A DNA stretch of 63,494 bases, filler included, from Asterionella formosa (GCA_002256025.1; 26 parts of 26 records of this genome joined end to end with filler, not necessarily neighbours in it), one strand, 5' to 3'. Numbered from the whole stretch's first letter, positions 12,428-25,030 are shown. Made by a program: numbers and translations. The notes: generated from the sequence alone by a model not told the origin.

Positions 12428-12733
12428 ATTTCAAATGATGACAAAGTCAGGATATGAACAGGATAGAATAAAAATAAAATATTAATTTTAAATTTAGCAT
12501 CACTTCGATCATGCTGTGCTGGACAATACAGAGTCGTGAAATTATCACTCCACCATAGTAGTAAAAATGAATGTATACCGACGCTGCATCTAGTACAGGC
12601 GCCACTACTAGTAGTATAGAGCAACATCAATGTTTTCCTAGTATCTATGATATGGTTTGTGCATTGTAGAAGTATCACACTAACTATATCTATTATGTAA
12701 CTACTAAGCATGCATTCTTGGATTCTGTTAGAG

Positions 12734-14644
12734 TCATTCAAAATCAACATCGTCATCAATGTCCTGTTGATTAATGCGTTCATGGTAATCAATATTCTTC
12801 TCAGGAACATTTGGTTGAATTGGTTCAACATATTGATGCATATCCTCTTCACTTACATTGGGAAATGAAAAGTATGAGTGTGAGTAGATGATATTTGTTG
12901 TGGAAGTAGCAATTCCACTAGGATTCCTGCCTTTCATATTCAGATCGATTCTTTTCTGAAAGTCCAGTGTAGATTTCTTTATAATAACCGAGTAAATCAT
13001 CAGTCCATTGATCAGTGAGACCATTTGAAACTGAACTTTCTTCCCTCACACTTTTTTGATTAGTGGTTTCCCACTAATGTCGACAAAATCAGTAGAATGA
13101 CGAATATCGTTGCTTCTCTGAAATTTCCTGCATATCTGGATTGAAACCCAAATATTTTCGTTGCAATCTGAATTTTCCTTTCAGCACCAAGAAGCAAAAT
13201 GCTTCTGTACTGGCATTGATCAGCTAACCAACAAAACGTGATTGCAATTCACACTGTGCCCAAAGACTTAGTTAAAATTTGGCTTGGTTACACCAGATTT
13301 GCCTCCTGTTAAAAATGGTTCTCCACGGCTTGTTCTGCCTATAAAATACACTGGAGCAAGAACATTAGCACGCCAGCCTTGGTATCCTTGGCTTCCTCTG
13401 TCAATGTCCTTTGACTGCGCAAAACGATAAAGCGTGAACTCCCACCTAATAAAGTCATCAATATCCATTGTCTGGAAGTTAGCTATATTCTGTTAGACCA
13501 GCTGGTGTGTCATGAATTATGTTAGCATTTTTATATTCAAAAATATTTGATAAGAATATAATCACCAACTCAGAACATCATGCTTTCAGAGCATCTCCCG
13601 CCCAGCAAGAACTTACCTAAGATTCCTTTAAATTGATTATTCAATACATTCTGACATTCTCTCAACTTTTTAATGCACATGCCACCAACTGTTGTTTTAA
13701 TATAATCTAAACGTGCCTTCTTGGTACGTTCAATGGTCTGATTCATCGGAAGTACTAGTGCATCAGAACCATTCCATATGAAATCGGCAAGCTCTGGGTC
13801 AGTCTCCAATTCTTTGCCTAACTCCGGTTTCACTGTGAATAGCCGAGTTAGGCAACATTCGGCAAACCAATCCTGTTTGTGATTGGAAATGCCTTTCATA
13901 CTACTCGGACCAGATAGGCAGGGCGGGATGTTTGATTCTCTTTTGGGACCAGAAAAAAGCATATTAGATTGATATTCTTTTTTACAGTACCTGCAATTCG
14001 CGAATTCTAACCTCAAACTTACATGTTCACATCAAAACTTCTTGGTCTTGAAAGCAAACAAAACTCACAGCCATCGTGACAAATGATGGATCGGTTCGAT
14101 TTTAGCTAAGCAGTAAGCAGGAACGACGTTCTGAAAAGGCTGCTGAAATTGAAGAATCTTGATAAACTCGTATGGACGAGTTTTGAACCGAATTACAACC
14201 TTTGTAGTGATTGAGTTCATTGACCAATTGATAATATCCTTTGGCAAGTGCAAAATTTTTTTCCCTCAGTTTGTCATGTACTTGTTGGTCCATGCGATTA
14301 GAAAATTTATGATATGGTACCATGTTGTTCATCTGCATCCGGGAGTTATTAATGGTATCATCGACAGGAGCCATTTTTCTTGTATCAACAACTGAAAAAG
14401 AAACGTCATCATCGCTTTCAGTATCAATTACGGGATCCTTTGTACTAGTTGCTGATGGTGTCCTCATCGACGGTGGGGTAGTACCCCCACTAACTCCCTG
14501 TTGCCGATTGGGTTCCTTTGGATAATTGACTATTCGCTTTTCCTTTGTTAACTCATTTTGGTACTTGCTTCTTTGTTTCATACCGGCAGTATTTGCCACA
14601 TGTCGCATGTTTCCATGAACCTCTTTTTGGGTTTTTGAAGACAT
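12734..14644 (-). pseudogene. Accessory ORF of the Plavaka-like element (fragmented, probably spliced), starting MSSKTQKEVHG
   Basis: Same strand and directly upstream of the transposase; clear paralog at 52472 (MSSRNHKEVHG...); ORF pieces 14644-14102, 14016-13570 and 13468-13268. Confidence 0.55.
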
Positions 14645-14877
14645 TGCTTGTACTACTAGATAACTGTTGTTGTTGTCTTCCTTAAAGTTCGATGATCTTA
14701 AAATCAGGCTTTGCTAGCTACAATGAAATAAATCATCAGCCACTACATGTAATATTTTACGCTGTCTAGATATGATACCATAAAACCAACAATGCTATTT
14801 ACTTTACCACATAAAAAATCAGAGTTCGAGTAATAGCATATCTTGTCGAGTAATAGCATATCTTGTTTTCAATTATG

Positions 14878-15340
14878 CGATTATACGATCCTGAAACTAT
14901 GATGCTTTACTGTCCCACTGTGGTCGCAACAGCCCTGAACAGATAGTGTTCTTTTCCTCGCTTACTACTCCTTCTACCCTCTTTCAATTATACAATCATA
15001 TGATCCTGAAACTATGATGATTTACTGTCCCGCTGCAGTAGCAACAGTCATGAACATATGGTGTTCTATTGCTTGCTTACTACTCCAACTATTCTTTTTC
15101 AATTTTATGATCATATGATCCTGAAACTATGATGCTTTTTTGTCCTGCTACAGTAGCAGCAGTCATCAATATATGGTGCTCTGTTGCTCACTTACAACTC
15201 CGACTATCCTTTTTCAATTTTATGATCCTACAATCCTAAAACTATGATGATTTACTGTCCCACTGCAGTAGCAACAGTTATGAACATATGGTATTCTGTT
15301 GGTCGCTTACCACCTGGTACTCTGACTACCCCCAGTATAT
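14878..15340. repeat. 115-bp tandem repeat, about 4 copies, 5' of the element's accessory ORF
   Basis: (g/a)atcct(g/a)aaactatgatg starts at 14887, 15002, 15117 and 15232. Confidence 0.92.
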
Positions 15341-17599
15341 CACTTCCTACCTGCTACTGGTACTCTGTATATTTCTGATAAAATCTTATTGTCGTATGAT
15401 GTACCGGTACACATGAAGAACTCCCGCCCAAAAAGGGGCTTAAACATTTTGCTACCAAAATTCTCGCATATAAATAAGGATACAAATGGGTTATGACTTA
15501 GTACACCAATTGAATGGTCTAAATAATTAGTTCCAACGGACGTAGAAAATATTGATTCAAACAAATTTCTAAAAAACAGTACCGGTACACGAAGTTGTGG
15601 AAAACAATGGACATATAGTGCATTGAATATTTTCGAATTATCTATATGCGAATATGATCATCTCAACAATAGCAACCAGACGTTCCATATTGAGAGTGCC
15701 TTTGAATTTTATAAATGTACGACACTTGATATATTTATATATTTACAAGTTTTATAACTATATACACGGCAAATATATTTGAAATCGTTCTGTCATGCAT
15801 GCTAACAAACAATGCCTGCTTCATGAAAAGAAATATCTTAGTAAAGCACATGAAAAGAAAGGAAAGTTTACGCAATAACGAAAAACATTGTGGCTTCGAC
15901 ACATTGCGCCTTCGAAGGATGGAGTATGTTTAAGGTAATGAAGCCATGAATGTGGTACTTGGATGACATTTATTGGGAGGCGGGACAACAACAAATTGTC
16001 AAGTAAACGCACATTTCCTTTTCTCAGTTGAATCAACAGCTTGTTTCGCTTGTTGGGGGCACCAATGTAAAACAAAACAAAATTGGTAAGTGCTCTTGTT
16101 GTTGGACCTATTTACTTCTGATGGAACATAACTGACGGACACGCCACTTTACCTTCTCTTAAAGTTAAGCTAACGAAAATGAATCGGTAAGTTTTATTCG
16201 ACAACATTGGAAACCTGAAAACTACTTATTCAAGAATTTAGCTACTGACAATTTACTATTACAGACGTATGCATCACTTGCTTTGATTTGGCTGTGGTAA
16301 GTGAAGCAAGCAAGAGGATACGATGGAATGGCGTGATTTTGTGTCAGTGTAACATGTCTAGCTAACAAGTCATTCCTTCTCATCGTTACTGTAACTGCGT
16401 AGGACAATAAAACCGATCAAACAACGGAATAGTCGGCGAGTTCAGAATGACACCAACAGCAGGGAGAGAGACACAACATTAGTAAGGCACTGCTTGGCAC
16501 AATATTCAGAATAGAGGAAGAAAAGGGTGAGACAGGAACAATGTACACTGAGACGAGGAGAGAAACATGCCTTGGGTAGCTATCGAAACAGAAATATCAT
16601 TGTTAAATTTGTTAATTTTGTTATTTAAATTATGATCCATTCCAATCTATTTTAAACAATGGTTGTGATTAGAATATGATCATGCTTAAGATAGATTTAC
16701 GATGAAACAATTCACATGATAGCATGGAGTTGAGCTGATTTTAAGATGCGTTGTAGCAATAATTTACATCTGGCGATCACAAGAAGTGAAAATAATTTGA
16801 GAAGGTTTATGATATTGATGAGAAATGTTGTTGATCAGTTGATATACATTGTGTGATGATACTGTTCTTATTATCATTATACTTCAAGGTTGGTAAAACA
16901 TCAATAAATCATCATAGTTATAGGATACCTTGATCATAGTGTTTTGATCCAAAAATTATCATATATAGTGTACAATACTCTTGATCCTAAATGCATGATA
17001 CTTTTTTTTTGCAGACGTGGGATGGCACTCGTAGGGTGATCTTCTCACAGCGTCAGGGGTGCCACTTGTACGGTCAACATACTTGTGCTACCCACCTCGA
17101 ACACATGTATACTCGCAGGCATGAGACCACCTCAGGCGTGTATTGCCTTCAGCAGTACCGATGTCATGCTATTTCGAGGTGGTGTTGGATATGATCTCAC
17201 ATCATGACCCTAAATAGCAATTCAGATCAAAACTTTTTGGCCTGCTAAGATTTAACTGGCACCAAATAGTCCAAAGAGTACTAATTTACTGTTTTGATTT
17301 GCTAGGTTATTATGTCATCATGAAGAACAACTTATATGAACAAGGACCAGCATTGTTATGTTTTGAGTTGTTGGAGTTGGAGAAAATCTATGGTCACAAT
17401 GAAGAAGAAGAATTCATATGGTCTGGAAGTAAACAAGTGAAAACTAATTTGTGTTTAGCTGACAGATTATGTTAACAATCAATTCTACTTGAGTCAGGCT
17501 TTGTTTGACAAAGTATCGCCATGACAACAAATAATAATTCACATCAGCTGAGACAAATCTGGCAAGGGTCCAGGGTTGCGCTATTAGTATTACATCTAT

Positions 17600-19757
17600 T
17601 CGGCTGAACACTCCTATCAAATGAACCCCTGATCAGAGATGACATGCTCTCCTTCGAAAAAACTTAAGCTGAAGGCTCACCTGAAGAAACCAAAGTCGTA
17701 CTAGGCTGGGAAATCAATAGCCGCACCCTCTATTTTTGGCTCACTGCGGAAAAACTGTCTAGTTGGACAGCGGACATTCACGCCCTCCTTCAAACCCCAA
17801 TGGTCACCTTTGATCAACTGGCCACAACCATCGGTCGCCTAAATCATGTCTCCTATGTCATCCCCACAGCACGGGCTTTTCTGAGCCACCTTCGCCAAGC
17901 CGAATGACAGGTACGTCACCGCAAGTCAAAAATAACCATCACCGAGTTGCCCCACGAAGAACTCTGTCAATGGCTGCAATTCCTGAAAGTGGCCAGGCGG
18001 GGCATGAGCCTAAACCTTCTGACCCTCCGAGTGCCAACAGTGATCCTTTGCGCAGACGCCTGCCCACATGGCTTGGGCGGTTATTCTCTGACCTCTGGAT
18101 GAGCCTAGCGATTCGAGATCCCTCCACAATATCGGAGTGGCCTATCTCTAAACCTCCTTGAATATCTAGCCTCCGTGACCACGATCATAGTGGAAGTCGA
18201 GGCAAACCAGATCCGACCCAAAGCTTGTCTCCTTTCCCAGCTGGACAACTCCAGGGCCGACTACTGGTTGTATCTAGGGGGCGCCCATTTCCAAGGCACG
18301 GAAAAAGCAATCCATCTCGACGTATCACGGTGGCTGGCCACCACACTGTTACGGTCAAAGGCGTGCCACTATAGCCAATGGATCCCAGGTGAGGATGATG
18401 TTGTGGCCGACTCGCTGTCCCGCGACCACCATCTTGCACCCGAACCACTAACTCATCTCCTCTGCACCTTCGCAAAAAATCAGCTGCCCCCAAATCTCAA
18501 CATCTACCCCCTGCCACCCGCAATCGACTTGCAACTTATATCCTGGCTACGGAGGGGGCGCGTTCCGCCAGACTACAAACTCAGACCAAAGCAAAGCTCA
18601 CTCGAGCTTTCCTACTCTGGTAAGAATTTCTGCACTCAATCGGTTTCGGCACCCCCAAGACGTCTTCCTGGATACACTGTCCCCTGACCAATGAACACGT
18701 AGATTCGGCGCCTTCACAAACGCCATATGGCAAGCCGAGTTCAATGGACACAGAACTCGCCCACTGGCGTCAGCAACTGTCCGTGACACCATGCATCGTA
18801 TCTCTATCGGCGACCTTTATTGAACATGACCACGCCGACCCCGCTACAAACCTACAGGGAAAAACTCACCGCATTTTACGCCTCCAAAAGAGATGACCCA
18901 GCCGTTGAACACCAACGGGCGCTGACCAATGACTTTATTTTACAGGTACATGCCAACATGTCAACACCGGTGGATCGCACTTTGGGTCCGCTCCTAATCC
19001 TCGCTTTCTTCTTCGCCATGTGATCATGCGAATACCTTACTGTGAAAGGTGACTGCCACACGAAGCAACTTCGGATTCAAGACTTGTTTCAGGATAACAC
19101 CGAGATTACCGGTCATCGACATCGCCTCCACTAGGCCGACATCATTTGCATCACTTTCCGGGATCAAAAAACGGAGAGAAGGATGAGACGATCACGCTCA
19201 GCCACACCAAAGACACCATCATGTGCCCAGTCAAACAAGGAGCGACAATCATCAACCGCCTCTGGGAACTCACGGGGACCAGCCCAAACACCATCATAAA
19301 TACCTATCTGTCGGCTGGGGTCCTCTACACGCTGACTGCTGAGACGGCACTCGGTCGGGTCCGACAAAAAGCCCAGGACTTAGGGGCCACCAAACTGGGC
19401 CACGAACCCGAGCAGGCCATTGGCCTCCATTCCATCCGCAGCGCCGCCACAATGGCCATGATTTTGTCCGGTGTACCAAATTACATGGTCATGCTCATTG
19501 GGCGATGGAAATCCGACGCTTTTCTCACTTACGTGCGAAAACAGGTGGCAGAATTTACGAAGTCGGTGAGCCAACAGATGATCACCATCCCAAACTTCTT
19601 TCACCCACCGGAACAGCTGGCAATAACCCTCCCAGAATTTACTTCTCAATCGACAATGGCAGGGCGAGAAGCACATGCCATGGTCCATATTCCACAAGGA
19701 AACAAGCCATGGAGAGAGAAATTGGTCAGCTCATGTGTGTTGGAGAAAATATTTTAG
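17600..19757 (+). mobile_element. Degenerate tyrosine-recombinase retrotransposon (DIRS/Ngaro-like): RT C-terminus, RNase H, YR
   Basis: RT: AEGSPEETKVVLGWEINS, TIGRLNH. RNase H: ADACPHGLGG, NLLEYLA, WIPGEDDVVADSLSR. YR: FFFAM*SCEY, KNG, CPV, HSIRS, GRWKSDAFLTY. Confidence 0.9.
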
Positions 19758-21424
19758 GAAAGAAAATCCCGGTATAAATTACCTACTACATATTGAATCG
19801 AATGAATCAAGAAAGAATATGGTACCAGAGAATTCGAAAACAATCTACGCCAACAGTAAAAANNNNNNNNNNNNNNNNNNNNNNNNNNNNNNNNNNNNNN
19901 NNNNNNTTAATTAATTAANNNNNNNNNNNNNNNNNNNNNNNNNNNNNNNNNNNNNNNNNNNNGGAATTAGCAGCTGCAACAAATTCTTAATGATAACACC
20001 GCTTCCCTTGGGCTTCCAGCATGTACAGGCTCAGTTGATTGTGTGCACATTGGGTGGAATCAATGTCCCTTGTCCTACCAAGCAAAATAATATAATACTT
20101 ATAAGGTGCCAAGTGGTACTATCCATTGTTCTTTTTGAGGTGGTTTCTGATCACAGAAGGAAGATTAGGAACAAGAAATTACAATCACTTAGTCAAATTT
20201 GATGCTGTTGCTTCCAATCTGCATGATAGGAATTCTTTTCTTGGCAGGCAAGAGGGGAATGTGCTCACTGCCTCACTCACTGTAGATTGTTTCATCTATT
20301 ACATGTAAAGGCTACTACTATTTTACATGTGATAAGGGTGGGTACCCGTGATGAACACTTTCCAATTAATTATAGCAATGAAAATGGAAAAGAAAGGATG
20401 TGGGGTATGATGATGGCTTGTGGAGTCTGTTAGAATTGATATCATAGATAAAGATGAGCAATTTCTTCTCTTTCTTTAGATTCAAACCTGAGTTGAATTT
20501 AGTATCCAGCAGCAAATATAATGGCAATTTGTACACGCTATGAATCGTGTGCACTTGAATGGAACCACCAATCCAATATTGAAGTCAGTCACAAAAGGAA
20601 TACCGGTACTCCTCATCAGTTATGTACTCAGTTGGTCCTTGAGGTGTCATACTAACAAGGAACACACTTGTGATGCTGGTAGGAAAGGAGAAAAGGAGGC
20701 AGGCAGATGGGAAGGCCAATGATTACAAAAACAATAATAACAACAATGATGACAACAATGCTGAATGTCAATGGTTTGTACAATACCAATGAAAATAAAT
20801 TCACAAACTAGACTACCATTCTTCATGTAGAAAATAAATATCAGAACATTTACGTCGGATTGACATGATAAATAAAATAATCTACGGGACCGTACGACGA
20901 TGATTTGAAATTTCAGGAAGATGAATACGAAGATTTTTGCCGCGATAGCTTTTCAATCTTTGACGCTCTTTTTCGTGGACCGTATTAATAAAAAGCTTCC
21001 TTGGCCTTCATGTGACAACTGATATTAAATTTCGATTTCAGTTTCAACTAGAAGTNNNNNNNNNNNNNNNNNNNNNNNNNNNNNNNNNNNNNNNNNNNNT
21101 TAATTAATTAANNNNNNNNNNNNNNNNNNNNNNNNNNNNNNNNNNNNNNNNNNNNAGTAGTGTTCGGAGAAATATGATGCAGTTTGAAGGAGAAATGGAA
21201 GAGATCTAACCGTAACACATATACCTAGCTGTTAGTAAATGATAACTAATTTCGTATCTATGAAACAATGCATTTGCAGAGGCTGTTATTTCTATATATC
21301 TCCAACGTCTGCGCGTCCTGCCAATATCTACTCATTACCTCAATCGTTTCGACTGGTGGCATCGAGTAAAACATTTGCGAGAACGAATGGATCGATAGGA
21401 TATTGATCACAAACAGGAAGAAAC

Positions 21425-21760
21425 ATTCATGACAACCATGTCAGATCCGTTCCATTGCAAATCTTCCTTCAATAGGTCAAACACGTCATCCTTGAGCTTG
21501 CCTTCCAGTGGCATAGTAGGACTGAAGCGCGTCCAGAAAGATACGCTCCTTTTTGGCTACTGTGAGACGAATGAGTTCCCCACTTTCCGGATCGACGACA
21601 CAGTATTCCTCGTCAGGAATGCATTCTTCTTCCTGCAAGTTAGTCTCAAAGAATCGTCCAGACTTGGCGTCGTACGCGATTTTTCTCGTTCCGCTCGTAA
21701 TGGTGATCTTTTCGTCGCTTCCTTCTTCGGCCATTAAAGGTGGACCAACAACACGACCAG
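21425..21760 (-). pseudogene. PGRL1: PGR5-like 1 (PGRL1) N-terminal fragment, frameshifted and truncated
   Basis: EEYCVVD..LIRLTVAKKERIFLDALQSYYATGRQ, then after a frameshift near 21497 LKDDVFDLLKEDLQWNGSDMVVMN. This matches the PGRL1 pattern E..FL.ALQS.Y..G....EFD.LKE.L.W.GS. Confidence 0.8.
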
Positions 21761-22242
21761 CTGTTGTCGTTGTCTTCCTTAAAGTTCGATGACCTTAAAT
21801 TCATTTACCGGTACTGTCCCGCTGTAGTAGCAGCAGTCATAGACATATGCTGTTCTATTTATACAATCCTAAAACTATGATGATTTACTATGGTGTTCTA
21901 TTGCTTGCTTATTACTCCGACTACCGGTACCGCTTTTCAGTTTCACGATCTTACAATCCTAAAACTATGATGATTTACTGTCCCACTGTAATTGCAACAG
22001 TCATGAACATATGGTGTTCTATTTGTTTTTAGTTTTACGATCATACGATCCTAAAACTATGATGATTTACTGTCCCAATGTAATTGCAACAGTCATGAAC
22101 ATATGGTGTTCTTTTGGTTTTTAGTTTTATGATCATACAATCCTAAAACTATGATGATTTACTGTCCCACTGCAGTAGCAACAGTCCTGAACATATGGTG
22201 TTCTGTTGCTAGTTTACTACTCCGACTACCCCCAGTATATCA
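21761..22242 (-). mobile_element. Copy of the Plavaka-like element's 5' region with a 92-bp tandem array
   Basis: Leader ctgttgtcgttgtcttccttaaagttcgatga matches ~14664-14697; repeat cores at 21865, 21955, 22047 and 22139. Confidence 0.88.
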
Positions 22243-22342
22243 NNNNNNNNNNNNNNNNNNNNNNNNNNNNNNNNNNNNNNNNNNNNTTAATTAATTAANN
22301 NNNNNNNNNNNNNNNNNNNNNNNNNNNNNNNNNNNNNNNNNN

Positions 22343-23013
22343 CAATTACGCCAAACGTGACACCCAGAACTAGTAGTCCGAGAGCCGACGCTTTACTGAG
22401 ATAGCCCATATCGGGTACAACAGAAAGGGGGCCCATTATCAAGACAGTGGCCAGAGCATCCAATGCTTTGGAACCCGTTGAAAACGGCGTTTCTTCAACA
22501 AAGCTCATTATGGCGTCTTCGTCTGCATGTTCAAGAATTCATTTAGATTTGAGGAAAAATGATAAGACGAGCGATGGTGACACAACCGTTCTGTAGCACA
22601 TACTTACAAGCCACAATAATTCCACATAACAAGATGATCATCATACCATCGAGTGCATGCAGTCCAACATCCCCAAATGCAAACCATGCCACTTTCGCAA
22701 ACGTCGTGGCTCGTTTTGGCGGTTCAATATCTTTTGGTATCAAGGTGAGACAGTGACATAATCGTTGAACCGAATATAGATTCCATGCGGCAATCAAAAT
22801 GAGTCCAATTGTATTCAAATACAAACCGCCTTGAGATGCAGCAAATGGAAGAGCCAGTGTTCCTGTTCCCATGCACGTCTTCATGAGATTTATAATAGTC
22901 TCTTGTTGGGTGGCCTGACCTTGATGATGTCGACGCAATGGTTCGGCGTGCGGAGGTTCAATGCTGAGAAGCAGAAGACCTGTTGCTTCTGTTGCGCCAT
23001 GCTGGCTCCTCAT
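22343..23013 (-). CDS. Amino acid transporter, AAAP/SLC36-38 family, 3' partial; intron 22607-22523
   Basis: TIINLMKTCMGTGTLALPFAASQGG signature; GTAAGT..CAG intron joins IIVA-Y-EDAIMSF. Confidence 0.9.
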
Positions 23014-23566
23014 GGTAGAAAAAGCGATAATGTTGTTGGAGTAAGTCAGGTGTGTGCACTTATTGTCAATGATAGGAGTACAGTACAACACGTTAACGCC
23101 GGGCAAAGTGTAGCAGTGTTGTTTGGAACCGGAATCAAGTTTTCAAAACAGTTCTTTATCTTTTGATTGTAAACTGATGTTGTGACATCAATTACCGGTA
23201 CTGTATACATTGCAATCTTACAATACATAGAGTAATTTATGTAAGTACCAGTACCGGTAGTACCGGTTGATCTCTTCGCTCACGCTATCTACATTTTTGA
23301 TTTCTTGTTGGTGACAAAGTAAACCATCACCAATTTTCTTTTGTAAGGATTGCTTCGTGTGTCCACGGGTGAGGGCCTGCGAGGCTTCTTGTTTGTCAGC
23401 GGGAGGTACCTGTTACCAGGTACCAGGTANNNNNNNNNNNNNNNNNNNNNNNNNNNNNNNNNNNNNNNNNNNNTTAATTAATTAANNNNNNNNNNNNNNN
23501 NNNNNNNNNNNNNNNNNNNNNNNNNNNNNCTTCGTCACATCTCATTTCAACCTCCTTACTTTGACC

Positions 23567-24616
23567 ATGATACGTGTGGCTTGTAGCCTTCGATACCTTC
23601 AAAGAGGCACAGGATCTAATAATTCTCTAGCCCTTGCGAGCTTTCGCGTAGGAAACAACTCCAGGATACTTAGTGATGCGAGCGCTTCTAACAAGTTGTT
23701 TTCATCGGCGCGTTCGTTCGGGTCAACCACAAACTGCGAAGAAGTGAAATCCTTCGGCAATGCTGCTCCCGCTCCTCCATCCTTTGATGAAACAATGAGC
23801 AGGCTGTTTCTAGAGAGCTCATCGAAAGATCTCCCAACCATTTCTGAAGTGGTACCTGCCGCTGCCTGGGAGCCTTCGTGGTGGCCATCGGACCAAATCC
23901 TCCTGCTCCTTAACTTTGTTCAGGAAACGACTGGCACCCCTCTAGCCATCACGATTATTGCAACGACTCTTTCGATTCGTGTTCTTCTGTTTCCCCTGTT
24001 CGTCAAGGCGCAGCAGAACCAATCTCGCATGGCTCACTTGTCACCGGAGCTCACAATTCTTAAAGCCAAGGTGGACGCCAAAGGATCCAATATCACTCAA
24101 GCAGAACAATTAAAGATGGGACAGCAAATGAAAGCTCTGTTTGCAAAGTACAAAGTGAATCCTGCGACAGGCTTGCTAGTTCCTCTAGTACAGATGCCTA
24201 TCTTCATGTAAGTACTATCATTCGAAATCTGCAGTTAAACTGCATAAAAAACGCTCACCCACTCCAAAACGCTATTTCAGGGGCATGTTCTTTGGTCTAC
24301 AGAATATGCCTAAGATATTTCCTGAAGAAATGAAAAATGGTGGTATGTTGTGGTTTACTGACCTGTCGATTCCGGATCCTTACTATATTATGCCAGTCAT
24401 GGCAGCGACCTCATTTTTGCTGTCCATTGAAGCCAACAAGGAACAGATGTTGGCTACGAACATGGCGCAGGGAGCACTGATGATCAACGTCTTTCGCGCA
24501 CTCGGTCTTGTTATGATTCCTTCCACTTCCTTCTTTTCAGCCGGTCTTCTTTGTTATTGGGTTACAAACAATACTATCACGTTGGTGCAAACCCTCTTAT
24601 TCAAAAACGCAGCTGC
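23567..24616 (+). CDS. OXA1: Mitochondrial inner-membrane insertase Oxa1 (YidC family), 3' partial; intron 24208-24280
   Basis: Presequence-like N-terminus; IRVLLFPL, PLVQMPIFM, GGMLWFTDLSIPDPYYIMP and YWVTNN motifs. Confidence 0.92.
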
Positions 24617-24869
24617 NNNNNNNNNNNNNNNNNNNNNNNNNNNNNNNNNNNNNNNNNNNNTTAATTAATTAANNNNNNNNNNNNNNNNNNNNNNNNNNNN
24701 NNNNNNNNNNNNNNNNACAATTATTTCCGTCTTGTGAAAAATGAGAGAGTTCTTCACCTCGCAAGAAAAACGCGACTTCATGTTGTTATCGGCGATCTCA
24801 ATTTTCGTTGTCATTATTAGTGTTATTACTTTACTTCTTTTACGATTGTATTTTCCATGTCATTCTTAA

Positions 24870-25030
24870 TACAGGTAGCAAGTAGCAAAGCGTCGTTCTC
24901 TATTTTCGTGGAGATAATTGGTATTTTCGTCATGGTCAAGGTTGCGACAACATCATGAAGGATTCTCCAGCTGCTCACAGCCACTACCTGTCGTCTCTTG
25001 TGTTTTGTATGTACAAAAGAATCGCAAAAT
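24870..25030. repeat. Dispersed repeat, diverged copy also at ~44905-45060
   Basis: Shared blocks aaagcgtcgtt..ttttcgt.gagat..tattttcgtcatggtcaagg..ctccagc..tgttttgtat.tacaaaagaatc. Confidence 0.75.

Noticed and set aside
14826..14865. Perfect 20-bp tandem duplication
   Set aside because: Ordinary local duplication with no associated structure.
14878..15340. CRISPR-like or guide-RNA array
   Set aside because: Inter-core segments are homologous to each other rather than unique spacers; the context is eukaryotic; no Cas, TnpB or Fanzor motifs were seen.
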